The notes beneath the pieces were generated by a model. The model was not told where the DNA came from and did no database searches. It worked only from the letters and a program-made list of their open reading frames with translations. A stretch of 64,000 nucleotides of DNA from Podarcis bocagei (taxonomy: Eukaryota), in the NCBI GenBank assembly GCA_964188305.1, contig OZ076898.1. One strand, given 5' to 3'. Shown one piece after another: positions 51,401 through 64,000 of the stretch. The first letter of the stretch is position 1. Every line of letters begins with the position of its first letter. The position numbers and the translations under genes are program-made.

Positions 51401-54400
51401 AGACCCAGAGTCAATATCTAACTACAGGCCAATATCGCTATTAAATTGCGATCACAAACTTTTTGCCAAATAGACTTACAGAGGCCATCAATGAAATTAT
51501 ACACCCAAATCAGTCTGGGTTCCTCCCGGGAAGACAAATCCCGGCCAATACTAGAAACATTGTAGACATTTTAGAATATTTAGAAGCCAAAAATGATAAA
51601 AAGCTGCCTTATTATTACTCGATGCAGAAAAGGCATTCAACAATGTTTTGTGGTATTACATGAATAAACAATTGGAGGTAATGGGTCTAGGAACAAAATT
51701 CAGAAAAGGAATAGAGGCAATATATGAGCAACAAAAAGCAAGGTTAATAATAAATGGTAATCTAACAGACAATATCCCTATAACTAAAGGAACCAGACAG
51801 GGGTGCCCCTTGTCACCTCTGTTATTTATATTAGCTTTGGAACCGCTGCTGAATAATATCAGGAAAGAAGGAAAAATAAAAGGAATTACAGTCAGAAAGA
51901 AATATAAAATCAGAGCATTCGCAGATGATATAATAATAACAACTCAGGATCCAAATCAAAGTATTCCAGCAGCTATTGATTTAATTACAAAATACGGGAA
52001 ATTAATGGGCCTGAAGATAAACCACCATAAAACAAAGTTATTGACCAAATTAAAAAATAAGGCTAAATACCTAGGGATTTGGCTTTCAAATAAAAATACA
52101 AATCTCTACGAAGATAACTATATTAAAACATGGAAAGACATAAAAAAGGGTTTGGAAAACTGGACTAAATGACAGCTTTCCCTTTTGGGAAGAATCTCGG
52201 TAATAAAAATGAACATCCTCCCAAAAATGATTTTTTTGTTTCAAACTTTAACAATTCTGGGAAGAATGAAATGCTTCCAGGATTGGAAAAAAGAATTAGC
52301 TAGATTTGTCTAGAACCGAAATAAACCGAGAATTAAACATCAGGTATTGATGGACAAAAGGGAAAGAGGAGGATTTGGATTACCAGATCTGGAATTATAC
52401 CATGCTGCAGCAGGATTAGTATGGCTAAAAAAATGGATTACATTAAAAGAAACAGATGTTTTGGATCTTGAGGAGCACGATAACCGGTTTGGGTGGCACG
52501 CCTATCTAATATACGAAAAGGTGAAGGTCCACAAAGTTTTCTTAAGCCATGTAATAAGGAAATCACTATAAGATATGGAGTAAACATAGAGGAATTTTGG
52601 AACCAAAGATACCTTTGTGGACATCTCCAGTGGAAGCAATAGCAGTTAAAAGGAAAAACATGAAAGGAGAGTGGCCCACCTACCGGATACTACTAGAACC
52701 AGACAAAGATAAGCCAACTTTTAAAAAATGCCATCTGTCTGATTGGATACAGTATTTCCAGCTAAATCAAAAATTGTGTATAGATAAGAAAGAAGGTCTT
52801 GCCAAAGAAACTTCCACTTTTGAAAGAGAATTAATATATAATAAAGGAAAGTATATATCAAGAATGTAGTATGAATATCTTTTAGAGTGGGAAGTGAAAG
52901 AGGAGCAGGTAAAAACATCAATGATAAGGTGGGCACAAGACTTTGGATATAATATCTATATGGAGCAGTGGGAAAGACTGTGGCAACAAGATATTAAATT
53001 TACATCATGTTATAACTTGAGGGAGAATACCATAAAGATTCTTTACAGATGGCATCACCACCCCATGAAGACATTTGCTAAAATGTACAAAGGTACAGTG
53101 GTACCTCGCAAGACGAACGCCTCGCAAGACGGAAAAGCCGCTAGACGAAAGGGTTTTCCGTTTTGGAGGCGCTTCGCAAGACGAATTTCCCTATGGGCTT
53201 GCTTCGCAAGACGACAGCCCATAGGGAAATCTCCGGGACAGCGGGGAAGCGCAGCGCGTCTTCCCCACTGTCCTCGGACCTCCTCCGAAGCCGGGCGGTG
53301 GGGCGGGAACGCCTTCTGAAGGCGGGCGGGGGGCGAAAGTCTTTGCTCCCCCCTGCCTGCCTGTCCCGGAGGGCTTTTGAAGGCAGGCGGGGGGGGGAGC
53401 AAAGACTTTCGCCCCCCGCCCGCCTTCAGAAGAGGTCCAGGACCTCTTCTGAAGGCTGGTGGGGGGCAAAAGTCTTTGTCCCCCCTGCCTGCCTTCCCAG
53501 GGGCTTTTAAATCGCCCCGGACAGCGGAGAAGTCCTCCGCTGTCCCGGGGCGATTTTAAAATGCCGCCCGCCAGCATTTTAAGATTGCCCGGACAGCGGA
53601 GAAGTCCTCCGCTGTCCCGGGGTTTTTTAAAATGCTGGGGGTGGGAAGAAAAGCCCTTATCCCCCCCCCCAGCCTTCAGAAGAGGTCCGGGGACAGACTG
53701 TCCCCGGACCTGGTCTGAAGGCGGTTTCCCTAGGAACGCATTAATTGATTTTCAATGCATTCCTATGGGAAACCGTGCATCGCAAGACGAAAAACTCGCA
53801 AGACGAAGAGACTTGCGGAACAAATTAATTTCATCTTGCGAGGCACCACTGTAGTTCACCAACATGCTGGCGAAGCAAAAAGGAGATAGGGTCTTACTAT
53901 CACATGTGGTGGACGTGCATAATTATAAGTGAATTTTGGAACAACATATATGGTGAATTTTAGAAATTATTTAAATTCACTGTTAAAAAAAGGCCAGAGA
54001 TTTTCCTATTAGGAATATTGCCAATAGAAATTAAGCTAAACACAAGACCACTGTTCATGTACACAATCACAGCTGCGAGAATACTAGTGGCCAGAAGCTG
54101 GAAATGCGAAACAACACCAACAATAACAGAATGGCAGACACTCATGATAGAGTATTTCCAATTAGCAAAGCTGAGTGGAAAAGTCAGGGGAACCTTAAAT
54201 CAAAAAGTATACGGAGAATGGAAACTATTTAAGGAATATATAAGACTATATTGTAAAAATGATACCATCCTAGCAGAATTGAATGATATTTGTGTATAAT
54301 AAATAAATGGAATAAACATCTTAGAGGTATATATGGAAAAAGATATAAAACAAACTGTGTGATAAAATCAAGACAACAGAAAAAGCATAATGAGAACGAC

Positions 54401-54643
54401 TGGAAGCTTTTCACAGAAGACTTTATTGGATAAGACATGATGTATAAATATCTGGTACTTTTAATTGTTTTTTTCTTTTCTTTTTTCTTCTTGTTACTTT
54501 TAAACTTTTTGTACTTTCTGATGTGGAGAATATTTTTTTTCCTCTTTTCTTTTTTTCTTTTCTGTGCTTAACTTTGTTGTACTTACCTTTATTGTAAGAT
54601 TGTGTTTTAAACCAATAAAGATGTATTTAAAAACTAAAAAAAA
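51401..54643 (+). mobile_element. L1 LINE, 5'-truncated and decayed, in GLTP intron 2 (antisense)
   Basis: NYRPISLLN, HPNQSGF, GTRQGCPLSPLLF and AFADDI motifs; many stops and frameshifts; AATAAA and poly(A); TSD aggagtaggag (51390-51400, 54644-54654). Confidence 0.93.
53096..53851. mobile_element. Tigger/pogo-like MITE nested in the L1
   Basis: TIRs cagtggtacctcgcaagacgaa / ttcatcttgcgaggcaccactg; TA flanks; GC-rich internal repeats. Confidence 0.9.
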
Positions 54644-54971
54644 AGGAGTAGGAGTTGTAGTATATCATACAGTCATAATACTTCTTAGAAGTCCTGAAAT
54701 GATCTCTGAGGAGATCTACTTAAGGTTGAATGAAAGCCAGATGCATACACAGACAGTTTTAGTATTTGGAAAGACTCTCGCTTCTCCAGCCTCTTTCAAA
54801 CTCCTTTTTATGCCCTTTATGAACAAATGTGTTGTGGTGGGTGTGTGACAAACTGGGTCTTTGCCCTGGGTGACAGCAAGCCGAGTTCTGGCCCCTGGGC
54901 TGGGGTCCTGCTCTGCCCCCCATTGCAGGGCAATTCCCACTTGACTGGCCAGCACAAAGGCCCTTCCTTAC

Positions 54972-55033
54972 CTTAATGTTCCCAGAGAGGTCAGCTTTGA
55001 CTGGCGCATACACAATGGGCGTCCCCAGGCAAT
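54972..55033 (-). CDS. GLTP: GLTP exon 2
   Basis: 62 bp, ttcag| ... |gtaagg; (D)CLGTPIVYAPVKADLSGNIK. Confidence 0.93.
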
Positions 55034-55415
55034 CTGAAAGGAAAAGGAGCAGCCTGGCGTTAATACAAAGCACAGCTGCCACGGAAAGGAGCCCAGAATC
55101 GGGCACTAGGCACTGGAACATAGCTATAATGAAGAAAACCACACATCATTTGAGTTTTTGACAAGGACCAGAACCTCCAGGCGCTGTTTATATGCTTTGT
55201 CATTCATTTATTACATAGGCATCTTTTTGAAGACAGCCCTCGTCAGAAGCCTGGCAAATCTGAACCAAACTTGACAACTGAACAACATGAATATTCTTGA
55301 CTTTCCAATGGTGGCTCAGGATAAGCAAACCCTTTTATATTAAGAGAGTTTTCTGTTTAGCTGTCAGTCACATTGAATCCTGGAATTGTAGAGCTGGAAG
55401 GGACCACGAGGGCTG

Positions 55416-55520
55416 CTCCTGGGATAGCTCAGTCAGTTAAGCACAAGACTCTTCATCTCTAGGTCACGGGTTCGAGCCCCACGCTGGACGAAAGAAACCT
55501 GCTCTACAATTTCAGGATTC
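55416..55520 (+). mobile_element. tRNA-Lys(CTT)-derived SINE or tRNA pseudogene with a deleted CR1-type tail
   Basis: gatagctcagtcagttaagcacaagactcttcatctctaggtcacgggttcgagccccacgctggacg aligns to tRNA-Lys(CTT) with several substitutions. Confidence 0.75.
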
Positions 55521-58500
55521 AATGTGACTGACAGCTAAACAGAAAATTCTTGACTTTGTTATTTTATCCCATGTGCAACTGTACCCATTCTTCTACGTGC
55601 CTCTTTTATAGTTTTGCTTTTCGTCTTTCAATTTTCACCTGTCGTTATAACTGTTCTTGTTTTCCATACATTATAAAATGACATTTTAACCCAACATTAG
55701 ACTCCTGCTTAAAGCCCAGTAAGAAGAAACGGAACTGTTTCCTTTTTAAAAAAAACCACCCCCTAGTTAGGGGGCACGTGAGAAGAGGGGGGCAACATGT
55801 TTGCACTAGTTTTCTGGTCCACAAGAAGGTGAAAACTCAGGAAGGGAGATTCTGGCTGAACTTCAATAAAAATGCCTTGCAAGCAAGTCAATGGAACCAG
55901 GTATCAGGAGGGGTGAAAGTCTCCAAGGAGAGGTACCTAGAATCATATTTATTATTATTTATTATTATTATTAAATAGATTTATATACCACCCATCATCA
56001 AAAGATCTCAGGGCAGCTCAGAAGATAAAAATACAAGGTGGAAGCACAAAACAACAAAAGAACAACCCCCACCCCTGCCACAATCACATTTTAAAGGCTG
56101 TAGAGTATGAATCAGCCCAAGGCCTGGTTGAAGAGGAAAGATTTGCCTGGCACCTAAACATATGTAAAGAAGGCACCAGGCGGACCTCTCTGGGGAGAGC
56201 ACCCCGCAAGTGGGGAGCCAGGACAGAAGAAGCCCCGTTCTGGCGTTGCCACCCTCCGGACCTCACGTGGAGGAGGCACACTGAGAAGGGCCTCAGAGTC
56301 CAGGATGGTTTATACGGGGAGAGGCGGTCCTTGAGGTCTTGCGGTCCTGAGCTGTTTAATTTGGGAGAAACTGCAAAAGTCATCTAATCCAACCAGAGAT
56401 GATCCAGCGTGGGAGGGGTGGTAAGGGGCCAAAATTTTGAGGGCGACTTTAGGCAATCAATTTCTCTCAACCTAACTGACACTGCAGGGGTGTTGTGGGG
56501 ATAATAAGAAAGGAAAACCAGGCGCATGACAGCCTGATCTCTTTGGAGAGACAGTCCAAACGTTATAAAGTTGGATGCGCCCACACCCTGTATCTGCTTA
56601 ACACACACATTCAGTGTCAGTGCCAACAGCCCTTTAGTACTTCCAGAAAATGTTCTGTTGGCCAGTTTCTAGTCGCAAAGAGTTCCACAGTTTCCCCCAA
56701 ACCTGTGATATCTTCACAGCTCACATCAGTTTATGAAGCCGTCAGGTATTCCTACAGTTTTGGAGGGAGAAACGTTTTGCTAGATGCCAAGTGAACCAGT
56801 TGACCAACATGCCCATATGAAGCAGTTTGGCTCTCAAAGCAGCCTTTGTACAGCTGATCAGACTAAGGGGGTTTACGGGGAGGGGCTGCAAAGAGAGCTT
56901 TTATAATGCATTTCCTAACATAATAGCTCCTACTGTGAAGCCCAGGAGAGAACAAGCCTGTCTATTGTCTGTTGAAAGCATTCTCTGGAGTGACGAAATC
57001 GGTCAGAGGGGGATGTCTCTCAACACAGATCCACTGGCTGCCTCACCATTGGTGCTGGTGTGGGGAAGCTCCAGTCCTCCAGATGTTGCCAGGCTACAAG
57101 TCCCACTGGCCATGATGGCTCTGGTGAACGAGTTGGAAGGGGTCCCAAGGGTCAGCTAGTCAAACCCCACACTAAGCTGGCGCTCGGCACACCTGGGGGC
57201 CACAGATTCCCCATCCCTGCCCTCAGCCAGGGAAAGAAGCAGCCCTTATTTTTCTGTCTAGCATCCATGTGTTCACCATCTTTCACCAAATCAATGGGGA
57301 AATGGGCATCCAGCCAGATGGCGAGACAATCCCCGCCCAACCTTCTAACAGTTCCCAAGAGCTTTTGCTCTTCAGTGCCACCTTCCCACCAGCCAGATGC
57401 AACAACAGACCCAACATTCTTGCCTTTCTGGTTCCAGCCACACAATACCTGCCTGCAGGCAAGTGTACCAGCAACTTGAGCAAGAGCCGTGGCTGAGTGG
57501 CAGAGAAGCAGCCTTGCAAGAGTCACCTGCCAATTTGGCCCAAGGGGAGACGCGCTTCCACCCCCACGCCTAGGTCCCTGCGCCTAGAGCCAACTGGGAC
57601 AGAGAAAGGGCCTGAACCTGAGCAGCAGGATTTTCAGCAGCTGCTGTTGCGTCAAGCCGGTCAGGCAGCATCCCATGCAGATGTAGAGTGCAAAAGGTTG
57701 CAGGAGGGAGGAGGACGGGAGGAAGACGACTGGGATCTTCTGTGGCCCTGAATGATTATCCAACTTTTCCCCAGGAAAGGCCTTGTTGCCAACAGAGCGC
57801 AGGAGAGCAGCCAGCTCCAATTGGGGTTCACAGCAATGGCCAGACTCTCAAGCACACATGCCACCTGCAGGAGACAGTCCAAGTGAAGTCTCAACCTTTT
57901 ATAGGATATTTTTGAGTTCCACACCAAATTCCAGAAATATATGCTCCCTTGGTCCACTCCAGGATGTATGGGGATGTTAGGGGAGGGATAGTACCTCTGG
58001 TGGGGTAGTTTGCTCACCTTGGGTCCCCACTCTATACTCAGCTCTCACCTGGGGCTCCTAGAAGCTGCTGGCATGCGACAGCAGCCGCATCTTGAGAACG
58101 GCCTCGACTGGCCAGCTAAATCAGGTGAGGGTGGTCGATGGCTCTCAACCCCTTGGAGAGTTAGGGACTTCCCCTGCATGCCAAGACAGGCTCTGGCAGA
58201 TTGAGCAGATGTGACCCGTGGTGGATCCAATGGTCAATGGTCAAGAGGGCGGTTTCTGCCCTTGTTGTAGAGGGAAGAGAGGGGCAGATGGGGCTCATCC
58301 ACCTGAGAAAGGAGCCCATCTAAGGGGACATCTCTGGCAGAAGAAAAAGCCAAGGAGTAAACCCTGTACAAATCCAGAGTGGAGTTCCTAAGATGATCCC
58401 TAAAACATAGCAGTTGTATTTCACCCCCAGAGGCACACTCCATTGTCTCCAAAGACAGATGGCTGTCAACAGCTGGTCCACTCCTTTGTACTATCCCCCT

Positions 58501-61500
58501 ACTTTACGCTAATTATGGTTACAAACTAGGATTCTAACATTTATATACACATTCATACTCATACGTTTCAGAGATTTGGTCCGCCTTTGCCAATCTGGAG
58601 TGTTGGCTGGGAGTGATGGGAGTTGTAGTCCAAAATATCTGGAGGCATCAGGTTGGCAGGGGCTAGATTAGCTGATCCACTTTGTGCCTCTACAAAACAG
58701 CTGGAGGTTTTTTAAATATTCTGTATATTCCAAAATATACAGCCACCAAGGGTTCAGAATTACATCAAAACAGAAGAAGTGTCTTGGGTAGCTTTGCATG
58801 ATGTCCACAAACATTATCTTATTTGTGGGAGAGGAAAAGGTGCCGTGTGCAGAATCTGTGAAACTATCCCAGCATCCCAAGTGCTGTCAAGCTCCTCCTA
58901 AAGTTCACACTACGGACCACCATCAGGTACGCTGGAGGGCCACCTCAGATTAATGCAGCTTAAAGTTGTGCAAAAATGGAAGCATGATACATGGCAGGGC
59001 TGTTGTGAGGAGAGAAAAGACAAGGAAGTGGCAACACAACAGACGTGTGGAAAATTATGCCTGGCCTGGAGGAAGGGGAGAGAGAAAAGTTCCTCATAAG
59101 ACCACAACTCATGGACAGCCCAGGCAGCTCAGTGTTGGGAGATTCACTTATGCATGCAGCACGCAGTTAAACTAAGGGACTCCCTCCCACAGGAAGCAGC
59201 GGTGGTCACCAACCTGGACTGGGCAAATTCCTAGAGGAGGAAAAGGCTCTCGGTGGCCACCAGCCAGGACAGCTCTGCTTTGCCCCCCCCCCCCCCATTC
59301 AGAGGCAGCCATGCTTCTGAATCCCAGTTGCTGGAAGCCACAGGAGCGGAGAGGTCTTCTTGCGCCCGGGTCCTGCTTGCGGGCTTCTCCTTGTGGCATC
59401 TGCTGGACTAGACGGGCCACTGGCCTGATCCTTATGCCCTCATATGGACCACAATCAAGTTCATAGAGCAGGTTGCACTTTTCATGAAGCGCTTTATGAA
59501 ATAGCAACAGATCACCCTAAATGGAAAGCTATCCTCCCCCCACCCCCAAAAAACCACCCTGGGGAGAATCCTTCAAGTTTTGACAAAGCTCCCAGAAGAA
59601 GAAGCTGCATAGCTGCTGGGCAGATGGAAAGCAAAGATAAGTCTGGGATTTGCCACAGCGGATTTCTCTTCTAGGGTGCAGCACTTGGCAGGAGCCCTCG
59701 CTCAAGAAGACGTCTGGCATGAAGAAAGAGCAGCCAGTCACTGCTCCACACTCACCGGAGAGCCAGGGCAGGGCAGGGCGCTGCTCCAACAAGCCAGATC
59801 CTTGCCTCTGCCACTCCCTTGCCGCTAGATGGGATCAAATCCCCTGATCACCAAACGTATATGCTCCATTTGGCCTCAAGGCCATTGCACAGGGGCGGGG
59901 GGGGGGGGTTGCTGAATTCTGCTAGTTCAACATGACTCCTTCCTCAAAGTAAGGCAATTTCCACAGGCTGCTCCAATTCACTTTTACATTCTTGCACTCA
60001 ACCAACCTCTCAAACTGTGTGCTTAACAATTGGCCATTATAAGAACTACGACGCTCCTTTTTGGAGCTGTGTTGCTTTTCCCCCTCCCTGCTTTTCCTTT
60101 TTGTGTCCTGTCTCTGATAGTAAGCCTGCAGGCCACAGACTGCCTTGTTTCCATTGTTTAAAAATGCTCTAGAGAGGCAGAGAATCCGCCAGGTGAGCAG
60201 GGCTGAGCCGTACTTACTCAGTGGGCCTGGATAGACATATCAGAACCCTGCTTCATTGTTCCTGAGTCCCAGCCTTCTGAACTGGTCCCCAGCTTGATCC
60301 CTTCCCAGATTAGGACCTTCCATGAGCTCTGGCTCTCATGAATTTAAGGTTATTATTTTTTTAACAATTGACAGCTCCGCTCAACAGATACCCTGAGGCT
60401 GGTACAGTGAGAAGGCAGTGCATAAAACATAATCAGCCCAAGGTACCCAGGGAGCAAAGAGTTCCAGTTACATCCATTATGAAAGTGCGCTCCTTATTTG
60501 ACAAGCCAGCGATCACTTTCCTTACGTGGCGCATTTTGATCACTGGTGGCAAGAAGTGCAGCCTGCCAGGACAAAGCGCTCAGCGACTCCTTGGCAAACA
60601 TTTGCTCAACTTCTCGGTTTACCCCAAGGCCTCAACACAGAGATTTTCCTTAGACAAACCCCGTTCAGAGGAGCTGCTCCAGCATCTCCTGAAGGCAGAA
60701 AAACAGACAACTGCCCCCCACCCACAAATACTCCTTCCTGAAAAATAAAGATATCTAGGTGCACAGACTGTGGCATGTAATACTCAGGATCACAGAAAAA
60801 GACTCCCAAGCCCAGAAGGCACACCCCACATTTCCAGGCCGTGGCTACTCCAGCGGAAAGATACTCTGTGCATGCTCAGAAGGACACCATTTAGCTCAAG
60901 AACAGTGTTGAAGATGGGGTCTGGTTATTGACCCCATGAACCAGGGAAGCCATTCCAGGACAGGGCTGGGTGCCAAGGGTCTCAGTTTGAAAGAGAGCAG
61001 AGAGAGGAGCTGGACGCTGCCTCAGCTTCACAGCAGTTGGCCAGTCCCTCTACAGAAAGCTCTCCTCCTCCACTGACACCCAGATCATGAAGAGCCGTGT
61101 GTTGCTGAGCAACAGGCCTAGAGGGGGATCCCTCCTTCTTGCTAGAGTTGCTTGGGAGGGGTCCGGAGGAAGAGGGCTGGAGAGCAAAGGAGGGTTCCAG
61201 CAACTGGTATTCGAAAGCACTGCTGCCTTCCAGTGTGGAGGCAGAGCAGAGCCATCCTGCCTAGGAGCCACCGGCAGCCCTCTCCTCCTCCTTGAATTTG
61301 TCCAGTCCTCTTTTAAAGCCATCCAAGCTGGTGGCCATTGCAGCCTCCTGAGGGAGGAAATTCCAAAGCTTAACTATGTACTGAGTGCAGAAGCCCTTTC
61401 ACTGTCCTGAATCTTCCTTCCTTCCTTCCTCCTGAATCTTGGAGGCCTTAATGGCTGCTCCCAGAGGACATGCTGCAATGGAGGTGCCTTTCTGAGCATG

Positions 61501-63078
61501 TCCAGAGCACCTTTCCATGGTCTGGAGGGATGCAGCCAGTCCCTGGGAAAACCAGAAGCACAAAGGCTTTGCAAAGAGAAGGTAATGCCCACATTTCTGG
61601 AGACTGTGGACAGGCAGAAAGAAGGTTTCCTCCCTGTCTCGTCATACAAAAATCAATTGGGGTTACCCAGTAAATCTCAGTGTTGGAAGAGTCAAGACAG
61701 GCTTCTTTAAAGCTTAAAACAATAGAACTTGATGCAACAAGATCATGGCCACCAACCTGGATGGCTTTAAGACAGGACTGGACAAATCCATGAAGGATCA
61801 TGACTACTAGCCATCATGGCTATAATATTGTTGTGCATACCTCAGGGGCCCCCTCTGATATTTGGCCTCGTGTTCTCCATCCTAGAATGACATAGGATCT
61901 GCCAGGTGAGGTGGGGAAAGGCCCACCCAGTTGTCTCTATGGCAGCAGAGCAACCTCTCTGGACATGTAAACAGCAGAATTTAACTAGCAAGCTGAGGCC
62001 ATTAGCTTAGCCAAGAGACTAGTCAAACTGGATCAGTAGGTTTCCTCTCACTGATTCTAACTCTGCATGCACAGGATTGGAAGGGACATGTTGGTATCAT
62101 CCAGCCTGAGCCCCCCCCCAAAAAAACCCATAACAATGCTATAGGTGGGAATGACAGGTGGGGCGAGCGCTGTTGTGCTTCTGTGCTTTCCATTGGGGGG
62201 GCTGGTTGCCCATTGTGAGAAAAGGATGTTGGACCTCAGGGTGCCCTGGTCGGATCCAGCAGCATCCTTCTGGTGGCCATTTCTTCAGCTGCATTTAAAA
62301 AACCTATTTCTCTTGTAGGGCTAGAGGCAAGAAAAAGAGGTTGTTGGGTTCTGCCAAGATCCAGCCTCTGGACCTAGAAGGAAAGCTGAGTCCCTGCCAG
62401 ACACACAGCTGCAGGATAAGGCCAGGCTGGCAATTAGGTAACCCAAGTGACAGGGGTGCCACCTCCCCACAGGTTCCTCTCCCCAGCCACACCTTTGCAG
62501 GTGCCCCACGTGACAACAGGCCCAAGGGCACGGCAAAGGCCCTGCCAAAACTTGTCAGAAGAGACAGATGGAAAGAGTCCAGCATCCTGTTCCCACAGTG
62601 GCCGACCAGCTGCCTCAATGAAAAAGTGGCAGCTCTGCCCTCCTGCTGTTTCCAGCAACCGGCATTCGCAAACACAGCTGCCTCAGCCATCCTGGCTACC
62701 GGCCATTGATTGCCCTGCCCTCCATGAAGTAGTCCAGTCCTCCTATCCAGCCATCCCAGTTGGTGGCTGCCATGCCTCCTGTGGAAGGGAGTTCCAGAGT
62801 TTAAGTGCATGAGGAAGTCGTTCTTTACTCGGTCCTGAATCTTCCAACACTCTGCTCCGTCAGATGCCCCCAAGGTCTACGAGAGAGGGAGAAAAACCTT
62901 CCTCTAGCTACCCAGCCTCTGCAGGCCAGGCATAATTTTATAAATTTCTATCCTGCTGCCTCTCACTTGCCTTTTCTCTAAACTGCAAAGTCCCAAAGGT
63001 TGCAACCTTTCCTCTCAGAAGAGTCCCTCCATCCCCGTCATCATTTTGGATGTCCAACTCTATTCCAACTCTGAAATA

Positions 63079-63444
63079 CCGTATTTTTCGCTCTATAACA
63101 TGCACCAGACCATAACACGCATGTAGTTTTTAGAGGAGGAAAACAAGAAAAAAAAATATTCTAAATGAAACAGTGGATGTATGATTTTTGTGGTTCATGC
63201 TGTGGCCACAGACATGTGATCTGACAGTGAGTTTGGAGTAGCCCAATGCAAAAATCCTGAGGATCCATGTGGATCCATGCTTTGTAACCACGGAGGAGGG
63301 AAGGAAGGGGAACCATGGATCCTCTGCTCACAACTGCAGCAGATCCCACCAGCCACCCGCAGGCATTCGCTCCATAACACGCACAGACATTTCCCCTTAC
63401 TTTCTAGGAGGAAAAAAGTGAGTGTTATGGTGCAAAAAATATGG
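63079..63444. mobile_element. Tc1/mariner-superfamily MITE, same termini as 48181-48602
   Basis: ccgtatttttcgctctataa ... ttatggtgcaaaaaatatgg with TA flanks; different internal sequence. Confidence 0.85.
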
Positions 63445-64000
63445 TATATTTTCTGAGGTGAGGTGAGCAGAAATTATAACTGAATGGCACCTCTTTATTC
63501 CTTTGAATGCCAGCTACTGGTGGACCTGAAAGATCTCTCAAGCTCCAGCAGCATTGCAGTGAGAGCAGCCTTGGCCAACCTGGTGCCCACAATATGTTCT
63601 GAGCCGAGTAACTGGATACGACAATCCTGTTTTTGAACTGCACCAGCCCTTTTCCTACATAAAATGCTCTTCTTTTGCGTAACAGCTGTCTTTGTCCTCA
63701 CAACAACTCTACTGAAATTAAATCATTTCTTTTCTTGCTTTTTTTAGAGTGGAGAAGCTGAGGCAGAGCACAAAACAGCAGGTGACTCCGTGCCAAGGGC
63801 TCCAAAGCTGCTGCGGGACAAATGGTCAAACCCTGGTCTCTAACCTCACCACCGGAGGAAGCCACCTTAACCCCGAGTCCGGCCTGAGGTCCCTCTGGCT
63901 CATGCTGTCCACATCCGGTCTCTTCAGCCTGGAGTCCCCAGAGGTTGTTGACTTACAACTCCCAATACCCCCGGCCAACTTGGTCAATGGTGAGAGTTGT

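Noticed and set aside
55416-55490. Functional tRNA-Lys gene
   Set aside because: Substitutions in the D, anticodon and acceptor arms, a CR1-type tail and no immediate oligo-T terminator point to a SINE.
55034-64000. GLTP exon 1
   Set aside because: No MALL...PFF-like coding segment or CpG island was found, so it probably lies beyond base 64000.

Overview
This is vertebrate genomic DNA, most likely a squamate lizard and probably a lacertid (inferred from Sauria SINEs and CR1 repeats with ATTCTATG tails). Two spliced genes lie on the minus strand in the same order as in human. TRPV4 is represented by coding exons 2-9 (15658 down to 4391) and a probable non-coding exon 1 in a CpG island near 38.0-38.2 kb; its 3' exons lie left of the window. 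GLTP is represented by exons 2-5 (55033 down to the stop at 44715); exon 1 was not found and probably lies right of the window. The rest is intron or intergenic DNA dense in transposable elements, and most ORF-track entries are spurious. The most unusual object is a 2.07-kb retroposon (1016-3083, minus strand) with both ends intact, a 21-bp target-site duplication (TSD), an L1-like promoter and tail, one 210-aa coiled-coil-like ORF and no reverse transcriptase. It sits inside a young Gypsy integrase, which sits inside a Sauria SINE, in TRPV4 intron 9. Other leads are a W-to-R change in the TRPV4 PIP2-binding motif, a recursive-splice-type start to TRPV4 exon 6, an ~857-bp CR1 inverted repeat and a 50-bp stem enclosing a tRNA-Lys-like SINE. 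Comparisons with human proteins and exon sizes are from memory; no database searches were run.
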